From Geosiphon pyriformis uo1 (lineage: Eukaryota; Fungi; Glomeromycota): DNA of 64,000 bases. The stretch is from the NCBI GenBank assembly GCA_016748015.1, contig JAAOMT010000213.1, positions 92,485 through 156,484 on the forward strand, written 5' to 3'. The notes under the pieces are model-generated. The model saw only the letters and a program-made list of their open reading frames with translations, was not told where the DNA came from and did not search any database. The position numbers were made by a program, and so were the translations under genes. Shown piece after piece: positions 10,260 to 22,203 of the stretch; position 1 is the first letter of the stretch; each line of letters begins with the position of its first letter.

Positions 10260-10880
10260 TAAGAGCATAGCATTCAGAACACCATTGTTCATCACAAGAC
10301 ATAATGCATTCTTTACATAACCTAATGTTCATTTGCTCTAATCGTTGAATTTGAGCTTCTTGGGTTGGGTAGGTGTGACTTGCAATTTGGTGGTAGACTT
10401 CTACTTCATCTTCGTAATCGAATCCAGCTAATTCCATAGTGTATTCAATGTATTCTGCTTCCTTTATTTGACGAACATCTTCTTTGGTAGCTTCATTAAT
10501 TAATGCCATTGCTAAGTCAAAAATCATCTCAGCATCATGAAGGTAGTGATAAAGTTTGTTGAGAGCACTGTTGTATGCTGCATTAAAGGGTGTTCCTCTT
10601 TTTACTTTTTCTGAAATTGATAAAGCATATTGGCAGGTCTGATCGCAGATGCCTCCTCTCATTGCTATATCAATCCAATTGCATTTTTCTGGTAGCATAT
10701 TTCCACAAGTCAAACAAGGGGTGTTGTCCCATTTTCCGCTCTTTTTTATTAGATGGCCCCATTGCTCTCTGTGGCAAGCCTTACAGTAATAACAAGTATG
10801 ATTCTCATATTCTTTTTCAGGTGAAATGCAGGCTCCCATTGATGATAGTTTCTTGGGGCAGTCCTTATATTTAAGGGGAA
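10260..10880 (-). pseudogene. Cys-rich putative zinc-binding domain between protease and dUTPase (B)
   Basis: YYCKAC, PCLTCG, CDQTCQY, HYLHD, LCKEC..C..WCSEC; conserved in C and D. Confidence 0.7.
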
Positions 10881-12103
10881 TATAGGGGTGTTGTTTCCTT
10901 GGTTCGGGTTTTGAGTAAGGTATATTCCATTCAGAGGTTTCGGGTTTAGTGTGTGAGGTAAAATGTTCTTGTTCTGTTTCATCAGCCCAGTTGGACATTG
11001 ATCCAAGAGCCATGAATGTTTCAATTATCGGTTTTTCTTCTTCTGGTTTGAATTCAAAAGCTGGGGCTTTTTCAGAGCGTTTGTTGAATGTACCACAAAT
11101 GGCAGGTACCCAGACATGTTGTCCTTGGTAGGAGATTGTTAACTCTTGTGTTTTCCAATTCAGATTAGCATTGGCTTTTTGAAGCCAATTATTTCCGACG
11201 AGAGCTTGGTACTGGGGTGCATTGTTACGGTTTAAGAATTTAGCAAAAAGAATCATAAAAATAATACAAACTATTCAATCATAATATAGCACAGTAATAA
11301 TCTTAGAAAGGTAATGATTAACATAGTAGCAAACACCATCTTGCAATAGTGGCAAGCACCAGTTCACAATAGCAGCCAACACCAACTGGTGATAACAGCA
11401 AGCACCAGGTTGAAATATCAAAAAGAAAGTATTTTCTCGTAGAACTACAAACATGTATATATACAGTAGTTTTAATATTGGGAAAGAATCANNNNNNNNN
11501 NNNNNNNNNNNAGAAGACCCCAGACAGTGGGTAGATTTCAGTTCAGCCTCTGAGAAGGAGTACATAAACACACACAACAATCAAGAATTAAAGAATAACT
11601 TACATCGCAACAGTAAAAAGAAAGCCTTCAGTGTAACAGTGACATTATCACACAAATAGAATTGAGGAACTCATGAAAGACTGATTGCAATTAAAGCGGG
11701 ATATTAGCAATTAAATATAACAAGAAAACCATCCTGTAACATTTGGTAAACCCTACGAGGAAAGAAAATCAAAAAGGAAATAATAATTAGTAATAATTCA
11801 TTGCTAAAAAGGAAAAGACAAAAGTGGCGACAAAAACCCCTAATCTTACTGTTCTTGAATTCTGCCATGCTATTTACACACAAAATCAAAGTGATCTTGG
11901 ATTACCAGAAGGGTGTTGTCCAGCAGAATCTGCCCTCACTTATTATATCAACGCCAGAATAAATTTTCATATAGGAAAGGAAGAAGAACCACACGATGCA
12001 AAACTTGGATTGTATAGAGAATTATCACAATACACTACAAAAGAAGTAGCAGTAATAGCCGCNNNNNNNNNNNNNNNNNNNNGAATTAGAGGAAAACGAG
12101 GCT

Positions 12104-12530
12104 ATGTTCAGTGGAGCAGCATTGGACGAAAAACGCCCAATTACTGCTATGTATACGGAAGCCACTGTAAACAATACCCCAATCAAACTTATCTTAGACA
12201 GCGGATCCGCTGGAAGCATCATAACGCTTCAACTAGTAAACCAACTGGGTTTCAAAGTTGATCGTGCTGCGACGTCCCAAATCATAACAGCCGATGGAAG
12301 TACAAAGCTGCCTTATGGCAAAATCGACTCATTCCCTTTCGAAATTAACGGCATAGTAATACCTACGAAAGTATTAGTAATGGACGCTACACAATATCAA
12401 GCATTAGTAGGGAATGACTGGCTAACAAAAGCCAACGCCACCTTAGACTGGACCACCCAAGAGCTTCTGATCAATTATAATGGCCACCAGGCCAAAATTC
12501 CAGCCACCTGTGGCCACTTCCAAAAACCCA
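12104..12530 (+). pseudogene. Aspartic protease of D
   Basis: LILDSGSAGSII ... ALVGNDWL. Confidence 0.9.
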
Positions 12531-12885
12531 GCGCCAACCAAAGATCTACCTTCAAATTTGAGGAAAATCCAGCACTACCAGCCATCGAAACCTATCAGCT
12601 CTCTTAGGCTGATGACCAAAAAACAGGACTACCAGCCGTACCAACGTGGACCAGCGAAGAAAGATCCGAATGGAACCAGGTAAGTTCACGAAGAAACCAC
12701 CAGCGACGCAGACCAAAGCTAGAATGCTCGGTTTGCAAGAAGAAACTCTTGTCTATGACTGTGTGCAGCACACCAGACGAAGACCCAAGAAACCCCACCC
12801 ACTACTATTGTAACCATTGTAACAAAGAAAAATACGGTTACCCAGAAAGACACGGAAAATGGGANNNNNNNNNNNNNNNNNNNNG

Positions 12886-14323
12886 GGAGACATACCAATT
12901 ACAGGAGGATATTCATCACTATTCCAAAACCCTCTTTTTCAGCCAAAATTTAGAACAGGGTTTGAAAACCATGAAGAGAAGTCTGAATCAGAATCCGAAA
13001 AAGAGACCAGTGAAAAAACAATCACAAGACCAGTCACTGGAACAAGCAGCCAGTCCAGAAACCAAGAAACTCGTGATCAAGAGGAAGAACCGGATATAAG
13101 GGAAGCCACCTTTAGGAACGCTTAAGGAAATATCATCCCACCTCCTCTTAGACCAATAAACCCACCAGCAGAAAACGGCAATGAAATGACCACACCATAC
13201 ATTGCAAGACTAACAGATTTCTCAAGAGAGGAAGAAGAAATAGACGTGCACACATGGCTCAGAGAAGCACAAAAAGCCATCCAGGCAAATAACTGGAACA
13301 ACCAAAGAGCAATTTAAACATTACCTTTCTTTCTGAAAGGCACAGCCGACTCGTGGTATCAAAGCCTGGAAACAAAACCCATGAGCTTTGCCGAATTTAA
13401 AAATGCACTCCTGGAGTATTTTAGCGACCCAAACGCCGTAATCCAACTACAGAACGAATTCAATACTATCAAGCAAAATACCGGTGAAACTGTTACCCAA
13501 TATCTTGCTCGATTCAATTGAATTCGCCATCAGATTGAAGTGATTGAACAAGGATACTACACTGATCCTCAGGTTTTAAATCAGTTTATTAGAGGATTAA
13601 AAAGCAGCATTTTAGGAAAAGTACGCCCTGCCCACCCTAATTCCTTACCAGAAGCCGTTACGCTCGCCAGAGCTCTTGAATCGGCTGAGAAAGAAGCTAA
13701 CCATAGTCAAATGGTTAACATGGTAATGGAGGAAAATAAGACAGAAACATTAGAGAAAAGAGTAACGTGATTAGGGGAGGAACTCTCTAAGAAAATAGAA
13801 AGTTACCTCATCCCGGATCCGAGAAAAAATACATACCAACCACCCTAAAGACGCAGCCAGGAAGTCAGCGACAGTCGAAATAATCGCCCGTCGTGCCAGG
13901 AATTCAGAACAGAAACACGCGCCTGCCATTTTTGCAAACGCATAGGACATTTGATTAGTCAATGTCGAACGCGAATGATGCAGGAAGCACGCGAAAATAA
14001 TTACTACACACCACCCCAAATGCCCAGAAACCAGTACACACCAATACCATGCTAATATCCCACCACGTATCAAAATCAAGGAGCTTACCAGCAACAGCCC
14101 ATGATAGCCAACCCGAATTGGCATCCCGAGGCCTGAAATCAGCCCATGTGGAACCAGAACGCGTTGGTCCAGAGGAATCCAAACCGCGCCGGAACCAATC
14201 AGCAAACCAATCCAAACTACCAAAATTATCAACAAACTTACCTTAATATACCGGAAAACCTGATCATCGGAAACAATGACAGTAGAAACATAAACAGAAC
14301 CAAGAATTCCTCCAAATTGAGCC
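12886..14323 (+). pseudogene. Gag capsid and CCHC nucleocapsid of D
   Basis: HTWLREAQKAIQANNW, LPFFLKGTADSWY, QFIRGL, CHFC..H..C. Confidence 0.8.
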
Positions 14324-14829
14324 ANNNNNNNNNNNNNNNNNNNNCCAATACACGATCCTCATCTGTGACTGGGTAAGAGGAGGAACGCCGTTCGAAGCAG
14401 CATTCAACAGAGCGTTAAAAAGACTACAGCACTACCCACATGACGAGGACAAGTTGTACAACACCGCACAAGCCAAAGTAAGAGGAGGAACCACCGAAGA
14501 AATACGACGTTGGAAAGAGTCAGCCAAAGTAGCCGACGAAGTCGCCAGCTACAACATGTTCGACCCAGTGGACGAATTCCAGGACTACTACCAACAACTA
14601 TGCCCCACTCGACAAGAGCAAGAACAATACCTCTGCAAAAACTGTCTCATCCCATGCCAAAGTCAGTGCTGTGAAGAGTGTCAAGACAAAAGGGACTTAG
14701 AAAGAAAAATGGAAATTGAGAATCAGCAGTCTCAAAATCAATTAATAAATCAACAAGACTCACCTGACAGTCCCGAGTCAGAAAAATTTGTAGCCTATAC
14801 TGACCTAGAACAGGTGACCGACATCCGAT

Positions 14830-15250
14830 ACTTCGACAACGGGCACTTAGGAATAATACCCAAAAGAGCCCATTCAACCGACGCCGGATTCGATCTACGT
14901 TATCCGGAAGACCAATCCACAACGTTACCACCCAGGAGCATCACCAAAATCGACCTAAAATTAGCGGTTGAAATTCCGCCAGGAATAATGGTTCAAATGA
15001 CGTTGCGATCAAGCCTCGCGAAAAAAGGAATAAGCGTTCAAGGAGGAGTAATTGACTCCGGATACACTGGAAATTTGATGGTTTTGTTACAGAACAATTC
15101 AGAAAAGCCTTATACCATTGAATCTAAGGAAAAGATTGCACAAGCAATTTTCCTACCATTGGTAAAAATTGGGAAATTTGTGCCAGTGGAAAATCATGAG
15201 GAATTGTTACAAACAACGAGAGAAACTTTTGGTTTCGGATTGACAGGAAA
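14830..15250 (+). pseudogene. dut: dUTPase domain of D
   Basis: AGFDL, RSSLAKKG, GVIDSGYTG, KIAQ, RETFGFGLTG. Confidence 0.92.
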
Positions 15251-16399
15251 AGGAATTGAAGCAAATTTCACTGAAACAATAGAGGAAAAAGGTGAAGTAA
15301 TTAAAAATGAGCGGTCCATCATGCTCCTATCATATGGAAAATCAGAAATAAGAATAAAAAAGACAATTAAAGAAAAAGACCTAATATTTGAGCCCTACCC
15401 AGAAACTTGCCAACAGTTTCTCATAGGACTTACTAACCTTTTTATTCCAGCTGATAAAGCTCAATGGATAAAAATTCCTATCGCAAACACCACAGAAGAA
15501 CCCATCTACATTCCGGAAGATACCATCATTGGATACCTCGGAACGGAGCTAGAAAACGCGTCAACACCACAAGAAATTCTAAATTTCCCAGAAATCGCCC
15601 NNNNNNNNNNNNNNNNNNNNCCTAATCTTACTGTTCTTGAATTCTGCCATGCTATTTACACACAAAATCAAAGTGATCTTGGATTACCAGAAGGGTGTTG
15701 TCCAGCAGAATCTGCCCTCACTTATTATATCAACGCCAGAATAAATTTTCATATAGGAAAGGAAGAAGAACCACACGATGCAAAACTTGGATTGTATAGA
15801 GAATTATCACAATACACTACAAAAGAAGTAGCAGTAATAGCCGCAACTATTGTCAAAATCCATCGAGAAATTGAGCAATACACCAATGAAAATTTTCCAA
15901 TATCCACAGGAAACACTAGGGAACGCGCCAACAAAACCAAAGAAAATTTAGAAACTAATCAGGAAAGTAACCAGCAAAAACTAGAAACACCAGCTCAAAC
16001 GCCAAAGAAAACTGTCACTCAATCAATAAAGAAACAACGTATTTATTCACCAGAAGATAAATCNNNNNNNNNNNNNNNNNNNNNNNNNNNNNNNNNNNNC
16101 TAAAGACCATTAACATTCTGTGTTTCTAGATTAGAGAAACACATCAGGCAATTGCAAGGATAGCCTCAGAGAAGACCCCAGACAGTGGGTAGATTTCAGT
16201 TCAGCCTCTGAGAAGGAGTACATAAACACACACAACAATCAAGAATTAAAGAATAACTTACATCGCAACAGTAAAAAGAAAGCCTTCAGTATAACAGTGA
16301 CATTATCACACAAATAGAATTGAGGAACTCATGAAAGACTGATTGCAATTAAAGCGGGATATCAGCAATTAAATATAACAAGAAAACCATCCCATAACA

Positions 16400-18675
16400 G
16401 CGTTCATTACAAGAACTTTGACTGGAATGGTGATTCCATCAAGAGTGAATGGAAAATTGTCAATTTCTCCTACTGGGGTTTTTTTCATGCCATCAGCAGT
16501 GACAATTACTGTTTGAGCTGGTTGGTCGACATTTTTTTTCAACTGTTGCATTAACTGGTAAGTAATAATGCTTCCAGCAGATCCACTGTCTAGGATCAAG
16601 CGAATTGGCTTTCCTTCTACTTCAGCTTCTGTGTACATTGCAGTGATGGCTTTTTGCTCATTAGCTGCTGCATTGCTAAGCAAGAATGGTGATTCATTTG
16701 CTTCAAATTCAAAAGAAAAAGTATCAGAGAGATTGACGTTTTCAGCAATTTGGGCTGGTGGAATAGTAGTGTGGTTATGAGAAGGGTTTCGTTGTTATTG
16801 TGCTGCAGCTCTACCTTCCGAGAGTGCAGTATGGTGAAAATCCTGTTCTTCCAGCATTGTTAAATAACTGGGTTGAGTGTGGTAATAGTTGGGTCTTGGT
16901 TGAGTGGTATTTCAGGGAACCAATTGGTTGTTTGAACTGATTCTACTATTGTTTACTTGGTATTAGTTTTGTGGTGTGAATTGATTTTGTGTAATCAGTC
17001 TTTGAGCAGATACTTGATAATGTTGGGTGGGTGGTTGTTGGTGTTGCTGTTGGATTGGTTGTGGGGCAGGCTGATAATAGTTATTTTGGTATTGGGGTCT
17101 TGATGGATAGTAAGCTGGTGGTAATTGTTGATAATAAGATTGCTGTAGTGGAGAGTAACATTGATTACCCCTATTTTGTTGGTCTTGTTGCAGCTTTCTG
17201 CAATCTCTTTTCCAGTGGCCAGGGATTCTACAGTAATGGCAATTCTGGGGCTGGTTATTGGAAAGTGGTGCAAATTTATTTTGATTTCGTCTTTGGGGTG
17301 GTTGATATCTTTGGGGTTGTTGTTGTTGGTTGGTAAAATAGTTTTCGACCTTCTTTGTGAGTTGGTCAATTTTTTCTTCAGCTGCTGAGCTGGTTTTTCC
17401 AATTGCCAAATTTACAAGTTTTGTACAGTTGGCTTCTTCTATGGCCATTTCATATCTTTTCGCATGCTGTATGGCAGAGTTTAAATCTTCTGGCGTGTGT
17501 GGGCGAACCTTTTTAATTAGTTTATCTTTTAGGCCAGCAATAAATTGATCCAAGATTTGAGCATTGGAATAATAATCATTTGTTTCGAGTTGGCGAATTC
17601 ATCTGAGAAGTTTGTTGAATTTCCCAATATAAGTCATAACAGATTCGGAGGGTTCTTGTTTGATATTTCGAAAACGATTGCGAAGAGTGATAGAAGTATT
17701 ATTGTTAGTGAACTGTTCAAGGAAGGCTGCTTTGAAAGCATTTCAATCATTGAATGGGGCGGCAAGGTTTTCAAACCATTCTCCTGCTGTTCCTTTGAGA
17801 AAGTAGGGAATTGTTCTTAACATTCTGGCAGCATTCCATCCATTTGCATCTCCAGCTTTAGTAACTTGGTCGAGCCATTCTTGGGGACTGGTCTCAATAT
17901 CTTTCCCATTGAATTCAGAGATTTTTGCGATGTATGTTGTCATTTCGTTTTCTTCATTTTCACTGTCTATTGATTCTTTTTTGGCTATTTCAGAGTTGTT
18001 TTCTTTGTTTGCTGCTGTCTCAGAGTGTTCACTTTGATTTTCAGCTAGAAAATCAAGGAGATTGGAACTAGTTTGAAGGGGTTTTTGTTGTTTTGTGGAA
18101 CTTCTGAGTGATGTAAAATCTTCTGGTCTTACAAATTGATTCAAGGGTGAATTAGGTGTTTGTGCTTGTGCAAGTGAAGCTGGAAAAGGTGTAATAGTAA
18201 GTGGAAGTTTTGAACTGGTTCTTTGTTCAGGTGTTTGTAAATGTTTGGCAGTTGTTTTCGGTAGTGTTGGAGTATTTGGGGTGGTTCTTGAATATTGTTT
18301 TAATTTGTTTTTAACTTTGTTGCTTGTTTCTGTTTCCAATTCAAAGTCAATAGTGTATTGAGACTGCACTGGATATGTTTCTTCACAGTATTTGATAATG
18401 TTAAAATTAAGTTCATGAAAGTAAGTGACAAGTGTTTCACTATTAAGGTCTTCAGTTCCCAACTGTGAATAGTGTACTAAATTATTGTAAAGGTTGCTTC
18501 TAACTTCTGAGATATTATAATTTCCAAAAAGATAATTGTTGATGCGGTTTTCAATGTATTGGTATACTGATTTCTTGACAACTTCAATTCCGTCTGGAAT
18601 GTTGAATCTTTGCTTGCAGTGGGTGTAAATTGATTGGTAATACTCTAGAGTTGTTGTGTCTGGTGTGATTGCCAC
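16400..18675 (-). pseudogene. Gag and protease N-half of B, in one reading frame
   Basis: SPQEWLDQV, IPYFLKGTAGEWF, QFIAGL, CHYCRIPGHWKRDC, LILDSGS; ORFs starting at 18675, 17553 and 16683 share a frame. Confidence 0.9.
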
Positions 18676-18700
18676 TTTGAAGTTGTTTTTGCTGTGTTGT

Positions 18701-18720
18701 TTCCGTGGGAGAGCACCAAA
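18701..18720 (-). promoter_or_regulatory. Primer-binding site of B (TGGTGCTCTCCC)
   Basis: TGG 2 nt after the 5' LTR; similar to the PBS of C (TGGTGCTCTCTGTGAGG) and A. Confidence 0.75.
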
Positions 18721-19694
18721 TGTTACTGGAGGTTTTTGGTCTCTTTTCTGTAATGTTGTTAATACTTATTTGCTGTGAATTCACGTTTTCAGGAAGTAGT
18801 TGAACCTCCAATAACTGAATTTATCTTCAAATTATCTTCTATAATTTGAACTTGCCGGGCTTATGAGTGAAATAGCCAATTCCGTGCCAGTTGCTTTATG
18901 TAGTTACGTTGTAGTAAACGTCAACTCTTTCCCAGGAATTGCTCATCTGGAAGCTCACTAAAAATGTGTAGTTACTTTGCTATAAAAGTCAACTCTTCTA
19001 CAGAAATCTTGTCTGTAAGCTACCTTAATGATTGTAATAAGAAAAGAAAAGAAAAATAAAAGAAATGTAAAAGAAATAAGATTTTATCAAGGGAAACGTT
19101 TTCTATCCAGGCCTGGAGTTACTAACAGTTTACTGAAATTGGTAGCTAATCAATTTCAAAATGTTAGTTGGGTTTTGGGGATTTTCCAAGTGCAATAATT
19201 AAAGAATTTGGTTTTTTTTTGATATTTATTTCTTTTTGTGTGTGTAGAAATGGTTCTAAGTGATAAATCTAAAGTAAGATATATTTTCTTGAAAAGAGAA
19301 GCTCTTCTTTTATACAACTTGTTGTAACACTATTCTATGAACTTAAACTTTGCTATTTTCTACAATTTTGCTGAACTAAAGATACATTTCGGCAAACTAC
19401 AAGTTATTTTGGCAAACTATTAGATATTTCGGTGAACTATCAATTATTTCGGCAAATTTCTACAAATTTTGGCGAACTTTTGAATGTTACATAGTTTGGG
19501 GTATTGTATAATTGATCATTGCAATTAGGTTACATTTGTGTTGTGTACAATTTGGAATATTAATTAAATGATAATTTCGGACATTTTTGCTAATGTAATA
19601 AGTGATCATTTGAAATGATAATATATGCTAATTAATGATAGGAATTATAAGATAATTTTATGCTAAATAATATCTCTAATTTCGTCTGGTAACA
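18721..19694 (-). repeat. 5' LTR of B
   Basis: Matches 4664-5636; contains an array of about 20-bp ATTTCGGCAAACT units. Confidence 0.95.
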
Positions 19695-19885
19695 ATGGTT
19701 GAAACCCATAATTTTTATTAGTTATCACATGTATTAGTCACTGATGTTATATAATTAGCCACTTTATTTTTAGATAGTGATCATTGACCTGATCAATGAC
19801 CTGACTGTTGACCTAATCATTGACCTGATCATTAACCTGATCAATAACCTGATCATTGACTTAGTCATTGACCACTTTCAATAGC

Positions 19886-19892
19886 TATATAA
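19886..19892 (+). promoter_or_regulatory. Candidate TATA box of family A LTR
   Basis: TATATAA just downstream of the 12-bp array; similar motif at the same place in other A LTRs. Confidence 0.45.
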
Positions 19893-21908
19893 GCAATAAG
19901 TCTCTTAGCTGTAGAAAATCATCTCTTAAACAAGAATCAAATAAATAAAAATAACAACTTTCATCTCAATCACTCTCTTATCACTAATTTCCCTTTCCCT
20001 ACCTTCAAGTATCCAAACATCTTAGGATAAAAGATTACTTGTTGGCCTTTTCCTGTTTGAATAATTGTAGTATTTGAAGACTATTTGTATAAACATGACT
20101 GAAGAGCACAAGTTGATACCTGATATTGAATTCTAAGAGTGCCAATGTGAGACATAGAATTATACCAGCAGTTATCAATTGTTGACAGTACGGACTATCC
20201 CTCTATCTTCAGATTCCCTTGTTACCTTTTGAAAAGAATAGCAACTGAGATATTTTATAAGACTGATCTCGCACATTGAATCCATACTTATTTAATTCAC
20301 TCATTGAAGTTGAATCCCCTTTGATTATTCCCATCACTCTACAATCCTGTTCTCCCTTGCTATCCGTTAGCTTGTTACTCCAACCCGTAACAATATGATT
20401 AGCCACACTATTTTTAGAAAGTGATCATTGACCTGATCAATGACCTGACTGTTGACCTGACCGTTGATCTGATCAATGACCTGATTAATGACCTGATCAT
20501 TGACCTGATCATTGACCACTTTTGATAGTTATATAAGTAAAGAATCTCTTAACTGTAGAAAAGCATATAATAACAAGCATCTAAATAATTAAGAATAAAT
20601 AAAATAACAACTTTTATCTCAATTCTTCTCTTATCACTAATTTCTCTTTCTCTACCTTCAAGTATCTGAACATCTTAAAAATAAAAGATTACTTGTTGGT
20701 CTTTTCTTGACATATATAATTGTAGCATTTGAAAATTATTTGAATAAACGTGACTGAAAAGCACAAGTTGATACCTAATATTAAATTTTAAGAGTGCTGA
20801 TGTGAGGCATAGAATTATACTAGTGGTGATCAATTGTTGACAGTATAGATTATTCCTCTATCTTCAGATTTCCCAGTTACCTTTGAAAAGAATAGCGACT
20901 GAGATATTTTATGAGACTGATCTCACACATTGAATCCATACTCATTCAATTCACTCTTTAAAGTTGAATTCCTCTTTGATTATTTCCATCACTCTACAAT
21001 CCTGTTCTCTCTTGCTATCCATTAGCTTGTTACTCCAACCCATAACAATACCAAAGAAGAAGACACCAAAGACCAACAAATGTTTTCGCCAAGCTGGACT
21101 TGCTGATAACAGCAATATTATCCCTCTGATTTGTAAAGCCCAAGTGGCTGGTTACTTCATTGATCTGATCCTAGACAGTGGATCATCTGTTAGTGTAATT
21201 GCCAAACATTTTTTTGAAGCAATTGGCAGAAAAATTGATGAGTCTTCTACAAGACCAATGACTAACGTACATGGTGACAAGAAGAAAGGCCTAGGCATAG
21301 CCAAAGCTATTCCTGTTTGCATTAATAGTATCAGCATTGAAACAGATATAGAAGTATCTGAAGCAAAAGAGTACACTATCATTGTTGGTAATAAATGGCT
21401 TAAAAAAGCCAAAGCACTACTTAACTATGAACTTTGCAAGCTAACCATCAGATGTGGTAAGAAATCTATTGTGGTTAAATGCCGACATTGGACAACCCCT
21501 CTAGTATCCAAGCAGAACCAAAAAGAAAAACAATCAAATGAATCAGATAATGATGAGAGCAATGATAAAGAAGATCAAAAAGAACCAGAAGAAACTACTG
21601 AACTCACTTATACCATTTTCACCAACAATGGCAAGCCACTGGACAATGTTAAAGCTAACAAAGAAGGAATCATGGTAAATGGCAAGCTGATCTGCTGGCC
21701 CTACTATGATATTCTCAGAAAAACCTTTAACAAAAAACCTGCCAAGAAAGCAAAATACAGTTATTGGTGGCATGGCCCTTGTGCACAGTACTGGTGTAAT
21801 AAAACTTTGTATTTATCAAGTGATGAATGCAAATCCTGCCTAATCTATTATAAAGATTGGGAACCAATTAGCTTAATACCTCGAGAAGAACTTAAAGAGG
21901 TACAAAAG

Positions 21909-21910
<2 letters not shown>

Positions 21911-21972
<62 letters not shown>

Positions 21973-21992
21973 CATTTTTTTTTTTTTTTTTT

Positions 21993-22024
<32 letters not shown>

Positions 22025-22049
22025 NNNNNNNNNNNNNNNNNNNNGTTAA

Positions 22050-22080
<31 letters not shown>
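21911..22080. other. Long poly(T) spanning an N gap; poly(A) tail of unreliable length
   Basis: Homopolymer flanking 20 N. Confidence 0.8.
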
Positions 22081-22203
22081 GTTAATGTGTAGCTATGCTG
22101 GTCATTTATTAGTTATTCCACAGTAATGTGGCAGTTTCATAAAGCCAGCTCACCCAATAATACATATTACAAGATGCGGCTAACCACAAGTGAAAAGTCT
22201 TAA

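Larger units (their letters stand above)
11223..16399 (+). mobile_element. Ty3/gypsy family D inserted in the B protease; interior is fragments separated by N gaps (gag N-term, PR, gag, Cys/dUTPase, repeated gag N-term); RT and integrase absent from the assembly
   Basis: LTR 11223-11741 and about 16100-16399, TSD GCAT/GCGT, TGG PBS candidate after 5' LTR, LILDSGS protease, CHFCKRIGHLISQC knuckle. Confidence 0.85.
4664..19694 (-). mobile_element. Ty3/gypsy family B, full length (gag-PR-Cys domain-dUTPase-RT-RH, integrase, ORF3), interrupted by element D
   Basis: Two LTRs of about 974 bp, TSD ACGG (4660-4663) / ATGG (19695-19698), PBS and PPT present. Confidence 0.95.
4656..20392 (+). repeat. 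Solo LTR of family A (4656-4663 plus 19695-20392), inserted in the A2 LTR and itself split by element B
   Basis: TSD ATAT at 4652-4655 and 20393-20396; TGTTACGG start, CCGTAACA end. Confidence 0.88.
3166..21047 (+). mobile_element. Family A copy A2, 3' part: 3166-4655 plus 20393-21047 (integrase C-half, ORF3, 3' LTR split by nested insertions)
   Basis: Integrase ORF 3257-3742, ORF3 3968-4624; LTR starts at 4594 and resumes at 20393 after a duplicated ATAT; ends CCATAACA at 21047. Confidence 0.9.

Noticed and set aside
14454-16103. 549-aa ORF apparently fusing dUTPase to a Gag N-terminal domain
   Set aside because: It reads through N gaps, and the second part duplicates 11838-12062; assembly artefact
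20964-22049. 361-aa ORF with LTR-derived start and poly-Phe tail
   Set aside because: Chance read-through from an LTR into protease and then into a poly(T) tail
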